A DNA stretch of 64,000 nt from the human T2T-CHM13v2.0 reference genome, Homo sapiens. The stretch is from NCBI GenBank assembly GCA_009914755.4, contig CP068257.2, positions 41,024,001-41,088,000 on the forward strand, written 5' to 3'. Positions 14,681 through 27,800 of the stretch are shown here, piece after piece. Positions within the stretch are counted from its first letter, which is position 1. Every line of letters starts with the position of its first letter. A program made the translations under genes and the position numbers. The notes beneath the pieces were generated by a model, which saw nothing but the letters and a program-made list of their open reading frames with translations, did not search any database and was not told the DNA's origin.

Positions 14681-17600
14681 CGGCCTGCCTGGCAGAGGCA
14701 GGAGGTTCCCTTCGTTTTTATCTTGATTCTGAGGAACGAACATTGGCTGCATTCCCGACAGCCGGGCCAGGAGCAGGGATGTAGGTTTAGGATACCAGGA
14801 GACCCTGGGGCTGATGTGGGGGGCACAGAGCAGGCGCCACTTCTGGAACCTTCCCCACCAAGGCTGTTCAGGACCAACGAGCATGACTGCAGGCAGAGCC
14901 AGGGGAAGGAAGGCAGAGAATAGGCATAATGCCCACCTAGGAAATAGGCACAAATGAAGACCCCACAACCTCCAACTTGGATGCGGAGTCAACCATTCCT
15001 CACTACCTGCACTGGTGAGGTCTGTGTGTCCACCTGGCCAGCCCGGGATGCCCAATAGCTGGGGATGCGCTGTTTCTGGGGGAGTCTGTGAGGTGCCTCT
15101 GGCTGAGACCAGCGTTTGCAGTGGTGGACTGTGGCGAGCAGATGCCTCCCTGTGTGCATGGGATCATGCAACCCCTTGAAGGGCTGAAGAGAACAAGAAG
15201 GCAGAGGAAGGAGGAACTTGCCTCTTTCCTCCCACCTGCCTGCTTGGGCTGGGACACTGGCCTTCTCCTGCCCTGGGACTGGGTCCCCACCATCAGCTCC
15301 CGGGTGCTGCCCTCAGGCTTGCACTGGAGCCACACCACCAGCTTTCCCGGGGCTCCGGCTTGCAGGCGGTAGCTGGCAGGACTTCTCAGCCTCCGTCCTC
15401 ATGTGAGCCAACTCCTCACTATTGGTCTGCTTCTCTGAAGGACCCCAACTCATGGGTCCACCTGACCGTGGTCCAAGTCCCATCACACTTTGCAAAGCTG
15501 ACTGCAGCTGCTGCTCACTGGCCTCCCTGCCTGGCCCCTTCCATGCACCCTCCTCCAGCATCCAAGAGGATCCTGTGAAAACCCACGTCAGACCATGGCC
15601 CTCTGCACCGCCTCCTGCAAGGCATGCAGTGGAGGAAGAGTGACCTCAAGTCACTCGTGTGACCACGCGGGGTTGCCCCCGTCACCTCTCTGACCTCACA
15701 GCCCACTACGGTCCCCCACAGCCCACTCCCTCCCTCCGCTCTGGCCACGTGGCCTCCTGCATAAGGCTGCTTCTGTGCCAGAACGTCCTTCCCTCTGACA
15801 CACACAGGCTCCTTGCTCCTAACACCTGTAAGATCCCTCCTCCTATGTGACCTTTTGCCTGGCCACTTTCTCTAAAATTCCAACTCCCTCACACTGCACA
15901 TTCCCTCACACTGCACATTCTATATCCCCTTCCCCGCAGGATTTTTCTTTTTTAGAGATGGGGTCTCACTATGGATTTTTCTTCTTTGCCTTAATTTTTA
16001 TCCAACACCCTACACATTCTATTTATTTATACCATCGTGTCTGTCTTCCCCAGAGAATGCCAGCTTCTTCAGGCCAGGGATCTCTGCTTATTCTGTTCAC
16101 TACTGAATTCCCAGTGCCCAGAACAGCACCCAACACGCAGTAATGAGATTGTTGACGAATGGAAGACCGCACTGCTCCATGGGGATCTGGGAGAGGAAAG
16201 GGTTCCTCTCTAGGCAGCTGCTGAGGCCTCATCGATCCAGTATCTACACAGGGGTCCAGTCCAGCTCCTAAGAGTGCAAAGTAATTATAGATGCGATTAT
16301 TCTCCTGAGCACAGAATCAGCCAGGCAGTGTGAGGGGCCAGCCTGCACTGGTGCTGGACGCACACAGAGTCTCAGAGCCACACCCTCCACCTCCTGGGGA
16401 ACTGCCCTGCAGAACCACCCCCCATGGGCGGGCACTCGTCCTTCTGGGGCTCTTGGAGGAAATGGTTACAGAAGACTAGGCCAGATGACAATAAGGGATG
16501 GAGAATAACTAAGTGCCAAGCCAACGAGCCATCTGCTGGTAAGAACTCCATGCCAGGCAGCACAGGCGGTCCCAACAGCACGATCTCTGGATTAGCCCAA
16601 ATAGCATCGGAACATTTGACAACAAATTGAACTACTAGTAATAGTGCTCACTTCAATGAGCCGGGGACACAGTATCCCCATGGCGAGTCAGGTGGCCCGC
16701 TGTAACCACCCAGCTGGGTCTCCCCACCCCAAAGGCCTCCAGGCTGTCCCCTTCTCATCCTGTCACTTGAAAAGCAAAACTCATGGTGCCAAAGCTCTGA
16801 CACGGACTCCACTGGAGCTGTGGGCAGGGGGTGCCAAGGTACCGAGTTCCAAGCCGTTGTTATTTGAGAGCGTGCCCCCCGCCATGAGAGCAGGTGGGGG
16901 GACATAAAGTGACACAGGATGGACTGGCCAAAGGCTGAGGACGATCACTTACCTCACAGGATGATGCCACCCCCACGGACAGGCAAGGAGCTCTCACCTT
17001 CCCCAGGACCCCAGCTGCCACCAGAGCTCCAGATGGCCCTGGGGGTGTCTGTAAAGCCTGTGACCGTCCACCAGGTGGAGACCAGGCTGGCCAGGGGAGG
17101 GAGAGGAAGTGACCACTGGCCCTGGCACTGGCTGGCCGGCTCCAGCAGGCCCGAAGGGGAGGGAGGAGCCTGGGTGCACCAGACTCTCTCAATAAGCAGC
17201 ACCCAGACACTTAACAGATGGAAAGCGGTGGCTTGGAACTCACTTCCAACGAAACAATAGCACATGCTCCGGCTGGCTTTGACACTTGCTTCCAAAGGCG
17301 ACCTGCACCCAGGGCCAGGACCACGGCATCTGAGCCTCCTCCCCCAGCCGCCAACCCCATTCCCAATGGAGGAGCCCAGGAGAACTGGGGGCGGCCAAGG
17401 CAGCCCTTCCCTGCTCCGCAGATCCAGAGGATGCCCACAGCCCCCTTCCCCTCCCGCCTTTCCCACACTCCCTGTAGCAATTCACACAAGCGGGGAGGGG
17501 ACGAAACTGCTGAATCCAGCAGATAGCTTGTGGCGGGGTAATCCTCGGTCCGGCCCCATACAGGACAGAAATAAAATCGCCATTTCAGCTCCGGGCGCAG

Positions 17601-17929
17601 CTGGAGGAGGCTGACGCCCCCTAGTTAGGGGAAGGCTGTGGGTGACCGAGAAGGAACTTTTCCCGTTTTCTATTCAAATGAAATGAGGGTGGCGGTCGCA
17701 GCAGGGAGAGAGGAGCGAGGGGAGTTTTCCCGGCGGGGCTGGGGGGTCCACAGCGGCGCGGCCACGCTCAGCCCAGCGCTGGCTTAGGAGGGACGGGCTG
17801 CGTGGGGAGGCGACGGCTCCGGGCCGAAGGGGGTCGCTCAGGGCTCTGCACAGCTGTCCAGGGGGCATCGGGAGATAGGCAGCCGACCGGGGGCTGGAGT
17901 CAAGGGAAGAAGAAAGAGGGGGAAGGGAG

Positions 17930-18005
17930 GTGCAGGGAGTGAAGAGGAGGGGAGAGAGGAGAGACGGGGGAGGGAGGGGGGAGGGGGGAGGGGGGAGGGG
18001 GAGGG
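17930..18005 (+). repeat. G-rich (GGGGGAGGGG)n tract upstream of the ATG; G-quadruplex-prone and Sp1/MAZ-like
   Basis: 'ggggagagaggagagacgggggagggaggggggaggggggaggggggagggggaggggcgggcgggcgg'. Confidence 0.8.
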
Positions 18006-18264
18006 GCGGGCGGGCGGCCGGGAGGAGGAGCGCGCGAGCCGGAGTCGGAGCCCGAGCCCGAGCGCGAGCCGAGCGGAGGAGACCCTGCGGCACGCGGCGG
18101 CGGCTCCCGGGCGTCCCGGGCCCGGTGGCGGCGCGGCTGTGGTTGGCTGAGCGCCGCGGGCCGCCCCCCGCCCGCCCCCTCCCCTGCTCCCCTCCCCCGC
18201 CTCCCGCGGCGGCTGGCGTCGGGAAAGTACAGTAAAAAGTCCGAGTGCAGCCGCCGGGCGCAGG

Positions 18265-18333
18265 ATGGGATCCGGCTCCTCCAGCTACCGGCCCAAGGCC
18301 ATCTACCTGGACATCGATGGACGCATTCAGAAG
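18265..18333 (+). CDS. Coding exon 1 of the multi-exon gene: [23 protein letters not shown]
   Basis: ATG with strong Kozak inside the CpG island. The exon ends AAG|gtagcc (GT donor at 18334). The reading frame joins exon 2 at phase 0. N-terminal MGxxxS/T is an N-myristoylation-type consensus. The 5' UTR extent is unknown. Confidence 0.75.
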
Positions 18334-19544
18334 GTAGCCCCTCCCCCACCCAGACACCCCCTCCTCCCCCCGGGTGACAGCGCCGGGGCCGGGCGCGGCG
18401 GGGCGGGACTGTCCGTGCGTCTGCCGGTCCAGGCTGCGGCCTCCGTGCGCTCCGCCAGCTCTGGTCGGGGGCGGGGGTCCCCACGCGCCGGCTCCCCGGG
18501 GAAAGGGGCGACTCGCCCTGGGGGGTGGGGGGTGGGGGGGCGGGCTAGTGTTTCCGTTTCACAGGCAGAGCTTTTCTTTTTGAAAATCTGATTAGGCTGA
18601 GTTTTTACATTCAAGGGCTGGCACATGAAGCCTTTAATTTCCGGTGGATCGGCCCGCCGGGCAGCCCCGGGGTCGTGGTCCGCGGAGGGGGCGAGCAGCC
18701 GCCGCTTCCTGTCGCGCGGGGGCAGGTGCGGGGGGCGCCGGCGGGGACACTGCTCCCCCGCAGGTGAGTAGCTCCGACTGCAGAGGGGGACTCGGGCCGC
18801 TGCACCTCCGGGGCCCCGCGGAGAGCCTGGGGGGCAGCGGGTCCGGCTCTCCCCTGCTGTGCGGAGATAGGAAGTCCCTCGAATGTCCAGCGTTCCTAGC
18901 GGACTTGAGTTACACGGGAGAGGGGTTCAGAATAGACCCCCTTTGTTCGTGGCCCCCTCTGACGGGCAGGGAGGGACAATGAGCGCGCCGGCTTGGAAGG
19001 GGCTCTCATGAGCTCCCCCTAAAGTCCCCAGGGAAAAGCCATTGTGAGGAAATCCCTCAAACCTCAGCTGGGCGTTTCAGGAAGCCCTTGCAGCTGCTTC
19101 TCACCTTTCTGCCCACGGAGTACTCCACTGAAGGAGGCCAGGGAGAGATGCCCCAGCCAGGCACAGAGCAGGTGCCGGCCAGGCTTGAGTCTTTCCTGTT
19201 CCCAGAGGTGCATTTGGCCAGTTTAATCAGTAGATTTAAGCCAACAAGCCTCCCTCACCCTGTGCCCGGCTTGATCCCCGTGAAATGGAAAGTACAGCCC
19301 TCTCCCACCGTAGCCCGCTTTGAGAGACTCAGATAACCGGGAGGAGGAAGCATCTTCAAGGACAGGTGGTCACCCCCTTATTTAATCAGTGCTGGGCAGC
19401 TGGGCAGCTGGGCAGCGGCAGACGCACAACTAGACCCAGGTCCCTGACTCCAGGACTAGGCGTCTGCAATTGCATGGGACTGTAACAGCCTCCTTTCTCC
19501 CCAAAGGAAGGAGTGGCCCTCCCTTGAATATGTCACTGCACCAG

Positions 19545-19690
19545 CATGCACACTCACACACACACACACATGCTCCAATGCTCACACATCCACTCACAAA
19601 CACACACACGCACACACGTGCATACACACACGTGCACATGAGCACACAGACATGCACACCACATAGGCACATGCACACACACTTTTTCTG
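19545..19690. repeat. CA-rich imperfect microsatellite
   Basis: 'cacactcacacacacacacacatgctc...cacacacacgcacacacgtgcatacacacacgtgcacatgagcacac'. Confidence 0.85.
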
Positions 19691-22600
19691 CCCGATAGAT
19701 GAGAATGTATCAAAGACCTGCCTTTAAAAGCAAAAGTCTTTTTAAAGTGAGTTGTCACCAGATCAACAGTAGCAGGTCCGTCCTAAGAACTTCCTAAAGA
19801 TGTCCCGGGAGCAGCTCTCTTGGAAGCAGGTGAAAAGTGGAGGAGAGCTTCAGGAGGGGTGGGAGGAGGACGCTGGGCATGGCAGGCCAGGCTGTTATTG
19901 TGGGCAGGGTAGCTTTTCACAGTGGACACGCTGAGGTTGGGGTGATCTCCAGAAAAGCAGCCTGCAGGTGGGCCCTGGGGAAGACATGGCATGTGGCACC
20001 TTTGCGGGGGAGAGGCGGATTGACTGCCAGCTCTACCACTTCCTGTACCACGAGCAAGCCCCTGGGCTCCCCAAGCTGGCATCCCCGTCCATAAAGAAGG
20101 GATAATAAAATCTGCTTTATAGACTGGAATGAGAAGGGAATGAGTGAATGTAAACACTGCCTGGAACACTGCAGAACACGATGAGCATTATTCTTCCCTC
20201 AGTTCCTTCCATAAACGTCCTTTTGTGGTGCAAACAGGGAGGCGCCAGACGGGTCTCCAACCCCCACCCCGCCCCCCATCTCCACGAGGTCTGTTGCTTG
20301 CTCCTGAGCTGCCCCCGCCCTCTGCCCCTTGCTGTGAACCCCGTTGGAAGCTCCTAGCTGGACTGTGAGTCCTGGTTGAAGCTGAATCGTTTGCCCAAGC
20401 CATGTGCCGGGCAAAGCATGATAACTTCTCGCTCACCTCCCAGGCTGCACACCCAGCAGTGCTGTCACGGATGGGTTGCACCGGGCTCAGCTGAGAGCAC
20501 TTTCAGTGCCGCTGCCATCAGCCGCCATTCCTTCTCTTAAAGTACCAGGCACTGGGTAAATCCTGGAATTTCCAGCGTGAATCTGTCTCCCTGCCATCCG
20601 CCCCATCTCCTCTCCATCAAAGGTCATGGAAACAAACCCATGTTGCTTCCTAGGAGGGAGCCCTGGGGGTCACTGGGTGCAGGAGATAAGGGATGTGTTG
20701 CTTTCCGTCACTGTGTTCGTCGGCACCACCTGGCCATGAGTCCTGGCGATGGGCACACCCGCCCCTTCGTTATCTCTGCTCTTTGTCCCTCTGGTTACCT
20801 GACCCCTGGCCATCTCAGTTTCCCCCTGAGACCGCAGAGACGGGGAGGAAGGAGGGAACATTAGAAACTGGGGGTTCTGCCGAGTTCTGTGCTCCGGCAA
20901 AGCTCCAGGTTGACAATCTGAAGTTGTCTGAGGGAGGCCCCGGGCAGCAAGTGCCGGTGTCTCCTGGCTTGGCCTTACCTGTGCAGGTAACCCTGCAGAC
21001 ATGCCCAGTGATTCAGAGGAGCCGCTGCAGCCACTTGGCGCCAGGCCAATGCTTTATTTATATGAAGAAAACTCCAGACACGCACAGGTGTCACATCACC
21101 AGAGTGACACAGTGGGAGTCAGCAACAGGAATTTGGGGGATTGTCTTCCCTCCTCAGGAGCTTTTCCTTCAGAGGTTGTGCAGAGGAAGCTGGGCGTGTG
21201 AAGTGAGTCGGAGGTTGCCTCCTGAGCCCTACACGAAGGCAGGACTCTGTGCCCTGGAGTCCAACTGAGGCTCCGTTTTCAGTGCTCCCCTCTCATCTCG
21301 AGAACCTTGGGTCAGTTACTTCACTCTGTGCCCCTGTGCTGCTGTGCTAATAATTAAATGGGATAAGGCAGATTGCCTGGTCAATGAGCCCGCCGTGTTT
21401 ATTGAGCATCTACTATGTGCTGAGTGCTGGGGTCCATGGGAAGCTGAGTGCTGGCGGAATGGGAAGGCAACTACAAATGATAAACAGCAGCAGACGTTGC
21501 AGGCTGGGTGGGCCAGCCCCGTGTGGGGCCTGATGAACAGGTTTTTTTCCCTGACGATCGGCTTTGCAGGCTTTGTGGGCTTTGTGGGGAAGGAGCCCTT
21601 TGTGCAGAACTGGTAGCCATGAGGATGGCCTGGTGAGAAGCTGCTGAAGGGCTGGGGACAGCCTCCACCCAGCCAGCAGCATCTGCACCGGCCTGTTCCC
21701 GTCATCTGTTCCTTGGCTTGCCAGGGTGCACAGATCAGGACTTGGCACTTCCCCAGCACCAGGTGAAGCCCTCCTGTCACCCCCAACCCCGTGTCTAGAC
21801 CCTCAGGTGGGCTGTTAAAGAAGGGGAGAGGTGGAAGCCAGGTCCCCAAACCTAGGGTGCTGAGGTCCTTGCTTCAGAGAGACTGTGTCCTCTAGGAGCT
21901 GAAGCGCTTCGTCTTTCCCCAGAGGATTCGTTTTTTCCTTTCCTCAGCTGCCCCTACCCTGGGGGGCCCTGGCTGCAGCACCTGCTCCTTTCTCTTGCCT
22001 ATGGAGAAAGGGTTTGCTCAGCTGAGCTGCCCATGGAGTGACAGGGACGACGCACTCAGCACTGGGGAGCTGGAGGGGGTCCCACCTGGTGGCACATCCA
22101 GGCTTGGGTTTGCCAATCTTCCGAATCGGGGAAGAGAGAGGCCTTTGGGACCCCTGGGCCAGGCTGTGGGCTCGGGTGTGGTGAGGAGCCACATCTGGGC
22201 AAGACTGAATGCTCCGGGGCCTCTGTGGTGCCACTGCCCTGACCTGGCGGCCCCCTCGGGACACTCGCACTGTGCGCGGCCTCCCTGGCGCCTCTGGGCT
22301 GTGGTGTTCTGGTCTTGGCCTTGCTCTGCAGCTGGAACCCAGGTCTGAACACATCGGTGGCCGCTTGAGTTTGCGGGGCTGTTTCTACTGTAAACCAGAG
22401 CAGTGAATGCGCACAGCCCAAAGGGAGGAGCCGCGCTAGAAAGTGTTCAAGCGTCCGCAGAAGTCGGCTCCCAGTTCTTAATAGTTTGCCACCCACCGTG
22501 GCTACGCCACACCTACGCTTGCCTCCACCCGACCTATGCCTGCCCCCTTCACATGCGGGAGCCCAGGGCTCCGTGCCCTGGGCAGCTGGTGGGGTCTGCC

Positions 22601-25413
22601 CAGGCCTTCTCGTGATGCTTCCACCCAGCCTGGTCCTGGCACCCAAGGCCAACCTCTGCGGGCCCCAGAGCTGTGCCTTTTTGGCTCAGGTCCTCCCCGC
22701 AGTGCTTGGAGTCCAGGCCTCTGCACCCTGCTGGGGTGGTCTGTGGTCCTGGCCCAAGGGAATGTCGCTCCCTGCTGCCTGGTTCTACTGATCTGTCCTG
22801 TTCAGGCCCCTCTGCCTTCATTTCTTGCTTTGGCACAAGCATGAGCTGCTGTTTCCCCCAGCTCCTCAGGGGAGAGGAGTGCACTGCCCCAACCTTGTCT
22901 GGTGTGGTTAGCATGGTGGGGCCTTAAGCCCTACCCGGCTCCTGCGTGCCTTTCCCCTCTCCTGCCCACGACATGGTCAAATGCAAACCTCCTTTCATTT
23001 TAGAAGGCATGGGCTGCTCAGCCCACACGCGCAGTGCCCTTTCCTGTGGCTGCAGGCATCTCTGCTCAATTGTGCAGGGCTGCGTCCCCCGGCCACACTG
23101 ACTCCTCTCCAGGTTTCTCGGCTCCAGCACCACTGTCTGCGCCCTCCTTCCCAGGTGGACGGCGGCTCTCCTCGCCATCCTCTCCACTTCCAGCCTATCA
23201 TCTGTCTGCCTGTTACATGTTTGTAACTTTTGACCTTTAAATTGGTATAAAAATGGTACTGTAAGTTCACTGAACCAAGAAAATCTGCTGAAGGAAGGGG
23301 GTCAGTCACACCCTTTTGGGGTTTCCAGTGTATGAATGGAGGGGGTGGCGGTGGTGGAGGGACAGGGAGCAATGAGAGTTGCCAGCCTTATTGCTGTCCT
23401 GACCCCTGGCTGGGGACGACTCCCCTGTCTCCACCTGAATTGAAGCTGGGCTGTGAAAAGTAGTAAGAACCCTCGGTTTTTGGTTCCTTTTTCAACCAGC
23501 AATCAGCCATGAAGTGCCTGACCACTTGAGAGCTACAGCAGGTGCTGTCTCGGAGAGGGCACAGGAAACTGGGCCCTTCCCAATTTTAGCCCAAGGGTGC
23601 CGAAAAGTCAGGGAGCTGCTGGCCTCCACACTCCTTCCCATTGGTGTGGTCCGAATTCCCCTTTAGCCAGACATTTCCAATGTCCAGAGGCCCAGGAGGG
23701 GACAGCTGGAAGCCAGAAGCCCACCTGACGCCATCAGGAATTTCCATGAATGACCTGGAAACCTCTCAGACTAAACCAATGCCGCCCAATCTGGGAATCC
23801 AGGAGGGCTGGTCCCATAGAGTGGTGGGGACATGGTGCTGAGACGGACAGCCTCGCCTCATCCGCCTTTCCCACTTGCCAGCCGGGAGGCCTGGGCAAAA
23901 TCACTTTCTCCCCAGGGAAGTGGAGGCTCACTGTGCAGTCCACGCGGAGCAATGGGGTGAAGTTTCCAGAGCAGGGCAGGGCATGTGGGGAGGCTCAGGA
24001 ATGCCACCCTTGCCCTCAGGCCTGGGCACAGCATAGCCCCCATGACGCTTCTCTCATCCTGGACCCATCAGCCCGGAAGACTCTGGAAGCAGCAGTGGCA
24101 GCACCTTCCTGTCACTTGTCTTGTCACTCCCCGAGTCCACTGTGAGCTAGAACCACAGGCTCCCATGAAGAAGGAGCCAGAACCACAGGCCCCATGAGCC
24201 CAGGTCCCACAGCCCGCACCTTCGTCTTCCAGCCAGCCTCTCCGGAGCTCAGTGTGGGTGGAGGGGCTGTCTGGCCTCAGAAATGGGCAAAAGACAGCTC
24301 TCGTTGTCAGCGAGGTAAATCTAGCGCAGAGGAAGGGCACACTGTCCCCGTCAGACGCCTCAGATGAACTGACATGCAAATGAGAGATGAAACGGGGACG
24401 AGCCGGGCAGCTGATCTCAGTGCAGCAACTGGGACACCTCGGGGCATAAGCCGGGCAGGGAGGCGGCAGGAACTGGGCCCCAGGGGGCCAAGACTTCCTG
24501 AGAGGCTGGGCCCGGTAGCCCAGTCCTGGGCTTGCTTCCCAGGGGGTGGTGGGCAACCCTGAACCCTCTCTCACCCAATCACCTGCTCCCCTGGGTGCAG
24601 GTGACCCAGCAAGCCGCACTCCTGGGAAATTTCAGAAGGTTTTGGGCAAGAAGGGCCCAGAGAGCCCCCAGAGACCAGACAGCACAGCCCGATAGCTGGG
24701 CCTGCCCCAGACAAAGCGTGTCTGCACTCCTTGGCTTTCTCCCCAGACAAACCCACCCTGAGCTCAGGATCCCTCCAGCTTCCAGGAGCAGGTGCGGGGC
24801 CTGCAGGGACGGCTCGCAGAGAAGGCAGTTTGCGAGTCAGTGCCTGGCTTGTGGAGGTTGAGACCAAGGCCAGTTGGGTGCTTGCATTTCCAGGGGTCCA
24901 AATATTTTTGAGAAGAAAATGTTCTAAGAAAGTGCACAGGGTGGTGGATGAAAGACCACGCTCTGGGTACCGTGTACACCGCTCGGGTGACAGTGCACCA
25001 GAATCTCAGAAATCACCACTAAAGAACTTACCCATGTAACCAAACACCACCCCTTCCCCAAACACTATTGGAATTAAAAAAAAAAAAAAAGATTAAAATG
25101 GTTAAAAATAGAAAGTGCACAAGCAAGGGTCCATCTGCAGGAGTTGGAGGAGCGCATGCCTGTATTCCTGGCACTGCGGGCACAGTCATGCCATGGGCAC
25201 CAGGGACGCCCAGTGCACTCAGCCACCCAGGGGTGGCTCCCAACATTTTCAAGCTCAAAAAGAAATATTTTCACTTGAGGGTGCAACTTATTTGTCTTGA
25301 ACCCATCCCTGACTGCCTGTCTCCCCCCTCACCCTGACCACATCTCCCCAAATCCCGAAGCTGGTCACGCAACGGGAGCATTGGCCCTGAACAGAAACCC
25401 GCAGTACCCCTGA

Positions 25414-25767
<354 letters not shown>

Positions 25768-26879
25768 CACGCCCAGCCTTTTTTTTTTTTTTAATTTTAA
25801 ATTGTGGTAAAATATATGAACAATAAACCCTCCCTCCCCATCCCCCTCCCCCAGCCCCTGACCCCCACTGTACATTCCGCTTTCTATCTCCATGAAACTG
25901 CTGAGTGCGGGGACCTCACAGAAGTGGAATCACACAGGATCGCCCTGCTGTGCCTGGCCTCCTTCACTCGGATCATGCCCTCAGGTGCATCCATGTTGTA
26001 GCACGTGTCCGAATTTCCTGCCTTTTTAAGGCCGAGCGGTATTCCATTGTGTGCGTGGACCACATTTTGTGTTTCCATTCAAAACGGATGAATCGATGAA
26101 ACTGCCTGATATTTTTAAAGCCTCAGTCATTTTCATTCTTAGTTCTTCAGTTTGCAAAGGGCCGGCCTGTTGTGATGGGTTTATTGTTGCATCTTCTGAA
26201 AAACTTTGTGAGTTCCCGAAGGCCTCTCCACGTCTTGAGTCATGGCTGTGCTGCTTTGCGAAGCTGTGTGCATGTCTGTGGTGTAGCCTGTGTACAGCCT
26301 GTGATGCGTCGCAGCGGAAGGGTAGGGGGCTGCCCAGGGAAGACAGATGCGCCAGGTTCCGCTCCACGGAGCTCAGCTACCAGCCCTGGTGGAGAGCGCA
26401 GATGGGGCCGATTTGTCATTTGTCTGCGCTTGAGCCCAGCAGCTGTGTGGCCTCCCTGGGGCAAGTCATTCACCCTCTCTGTGCCTCAGTGTCTCTGTGA
26501 AGTGGGGGGAAGTTTTTGGAAGATTAAGTGGGCTAATACGCGTCAAATGCTAGAACACACTGGCACTTGGTAAATGCTATATAAGTGTTATCATTTTTGT
26601 TTGTTTATTATTTATTTATCCATGTCATGGATTTAAGGCAGTCTAATCTCAGTGCCTGGTGGAGACCCGGGCGCCACCCCCCCAGGTTGTCAAGTGGTCC
26701 CTGTGCCTCCCACTATCGTCCCCAGCACGGTGCCGTGTCCGGGCGTGCGTGAAGGGCCAGCTCACCTCACAGCTCTGCTTCCCAGGTTAGCTCCCATCCA
26801 CCCTCCCCCTACCTGTTTCCTCACCGAAGGAAGGGGCAGAAAGATGCCCTCCATGCCCCTTCCGACTGTTGCAGAGGGA

Positions 26880-27800
26880 TGGAGGACTATGGTACATACA
26901 CACATATACACGCACACACCCACCACACACACACACCATGCACATGCACATCACACACACGCACACACCATGCACACACACCACACACGTACACACCATG
27001 CACATCACACACAAGCACACCACACACACCAAGCACACGCACATCATACACATGCACACACACCACACACACCACACACCACACACACGCACATCCCACA
27101 CCATGCACACACACACCACGCACACGCACTGCACACACATGCACACACCATGCACACGCACATCACACACTTGTACACACCAGGCACATCACACACAAGA
27201 ACGCACACCACACACAAGGACACACACCACACACACACACCAAGCACACACACACCACACACACGCACACACACGCACACACCCACCACACACCACACAC
27301 ATGCACATCACACACGTACACACCACACACAGCACACACAAAAACACACCACACACACCATGCACATGCACATCACACACATGCACACCACGCACACGCA
27401 CATCACATGCACACGCCACGCGCCTCACACACAAGAACACACACCACACACACGCACACCACACACACGCACATATCACACACATGCACATCACATACAT
27501 GCACACACCACACTTACACACATGCACATCACACACAAGAATGCACACCACATACACGCACATCACACACATGCACACACCACACATGCACATCACACAC
27601 CTGCATATACATCACACACACATCACACACATCCACATGCACCACACCCACCACACACATGCACGCACCTACCACACATGCATATCACACACATGCACAC
27701 ACACCACACACAAGCACATCACAAACACCACACAGGCACATCACACACATACATACACACCGCGCACACATCACACACATGCACACACACCACACACGCA
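26880..27800. repeat. About 0.9-kb imperfect CA-rich (CACACAYR / CACCA) simple-repeat tract
   Basis: Continuous 'cacacaccatgcacatgcacatcacacacacgcacacacc...'. It is the source of the 400- and 448-aa His/Thr ORFs (26652..27854, 26869..28215) and the Cys/Val ORFs on the minus strand. Confidence 0.95.

Larger units (their letters stand above)
17680..18880. promoter_or_regulatory. CpG island / TATA-less promoter region containing coding exon 1
   Basis: Very high G+C and CpG density across about 1.2 kb. GC boxes are present (for example 'ggggcggg' near 18003). A (GGGGGA)n G-run lies at 17936-18005 and a C-run ('ccccccgcccgccccctcccc') at 18165-18200. The ATG at 18265 has a strong Kozak context (caggATGg). 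The TSS is not determinable from sequence. Confidence 0.85.

Noticed and set aside
17674-18626. GC-rich ORFs on both strands in the CpG island (for example 227 aa at 17674..18357 -, 194 aa at 17900..18484 -, 108 aa at 18265..18591 +)
   Set aside because: Stop-codon depletion in >75% GC sequence makes long ORFs expected by chance. They are Pro/Arg/Gly/Ala polymers. The + ORF is merely exon 1 read through into its intron past the GT donor at 18334.
20693-21268. 191-aa + ORF and overlapping ORFs near 20.6-21.8 kb
   Set aside because: Composition is random-like. The frame is interrupted in neighbouring positions, no splice sites bracket a coding-like core, and there is no similarity to anything I recognise, so this is chance in GC-rich DNA.
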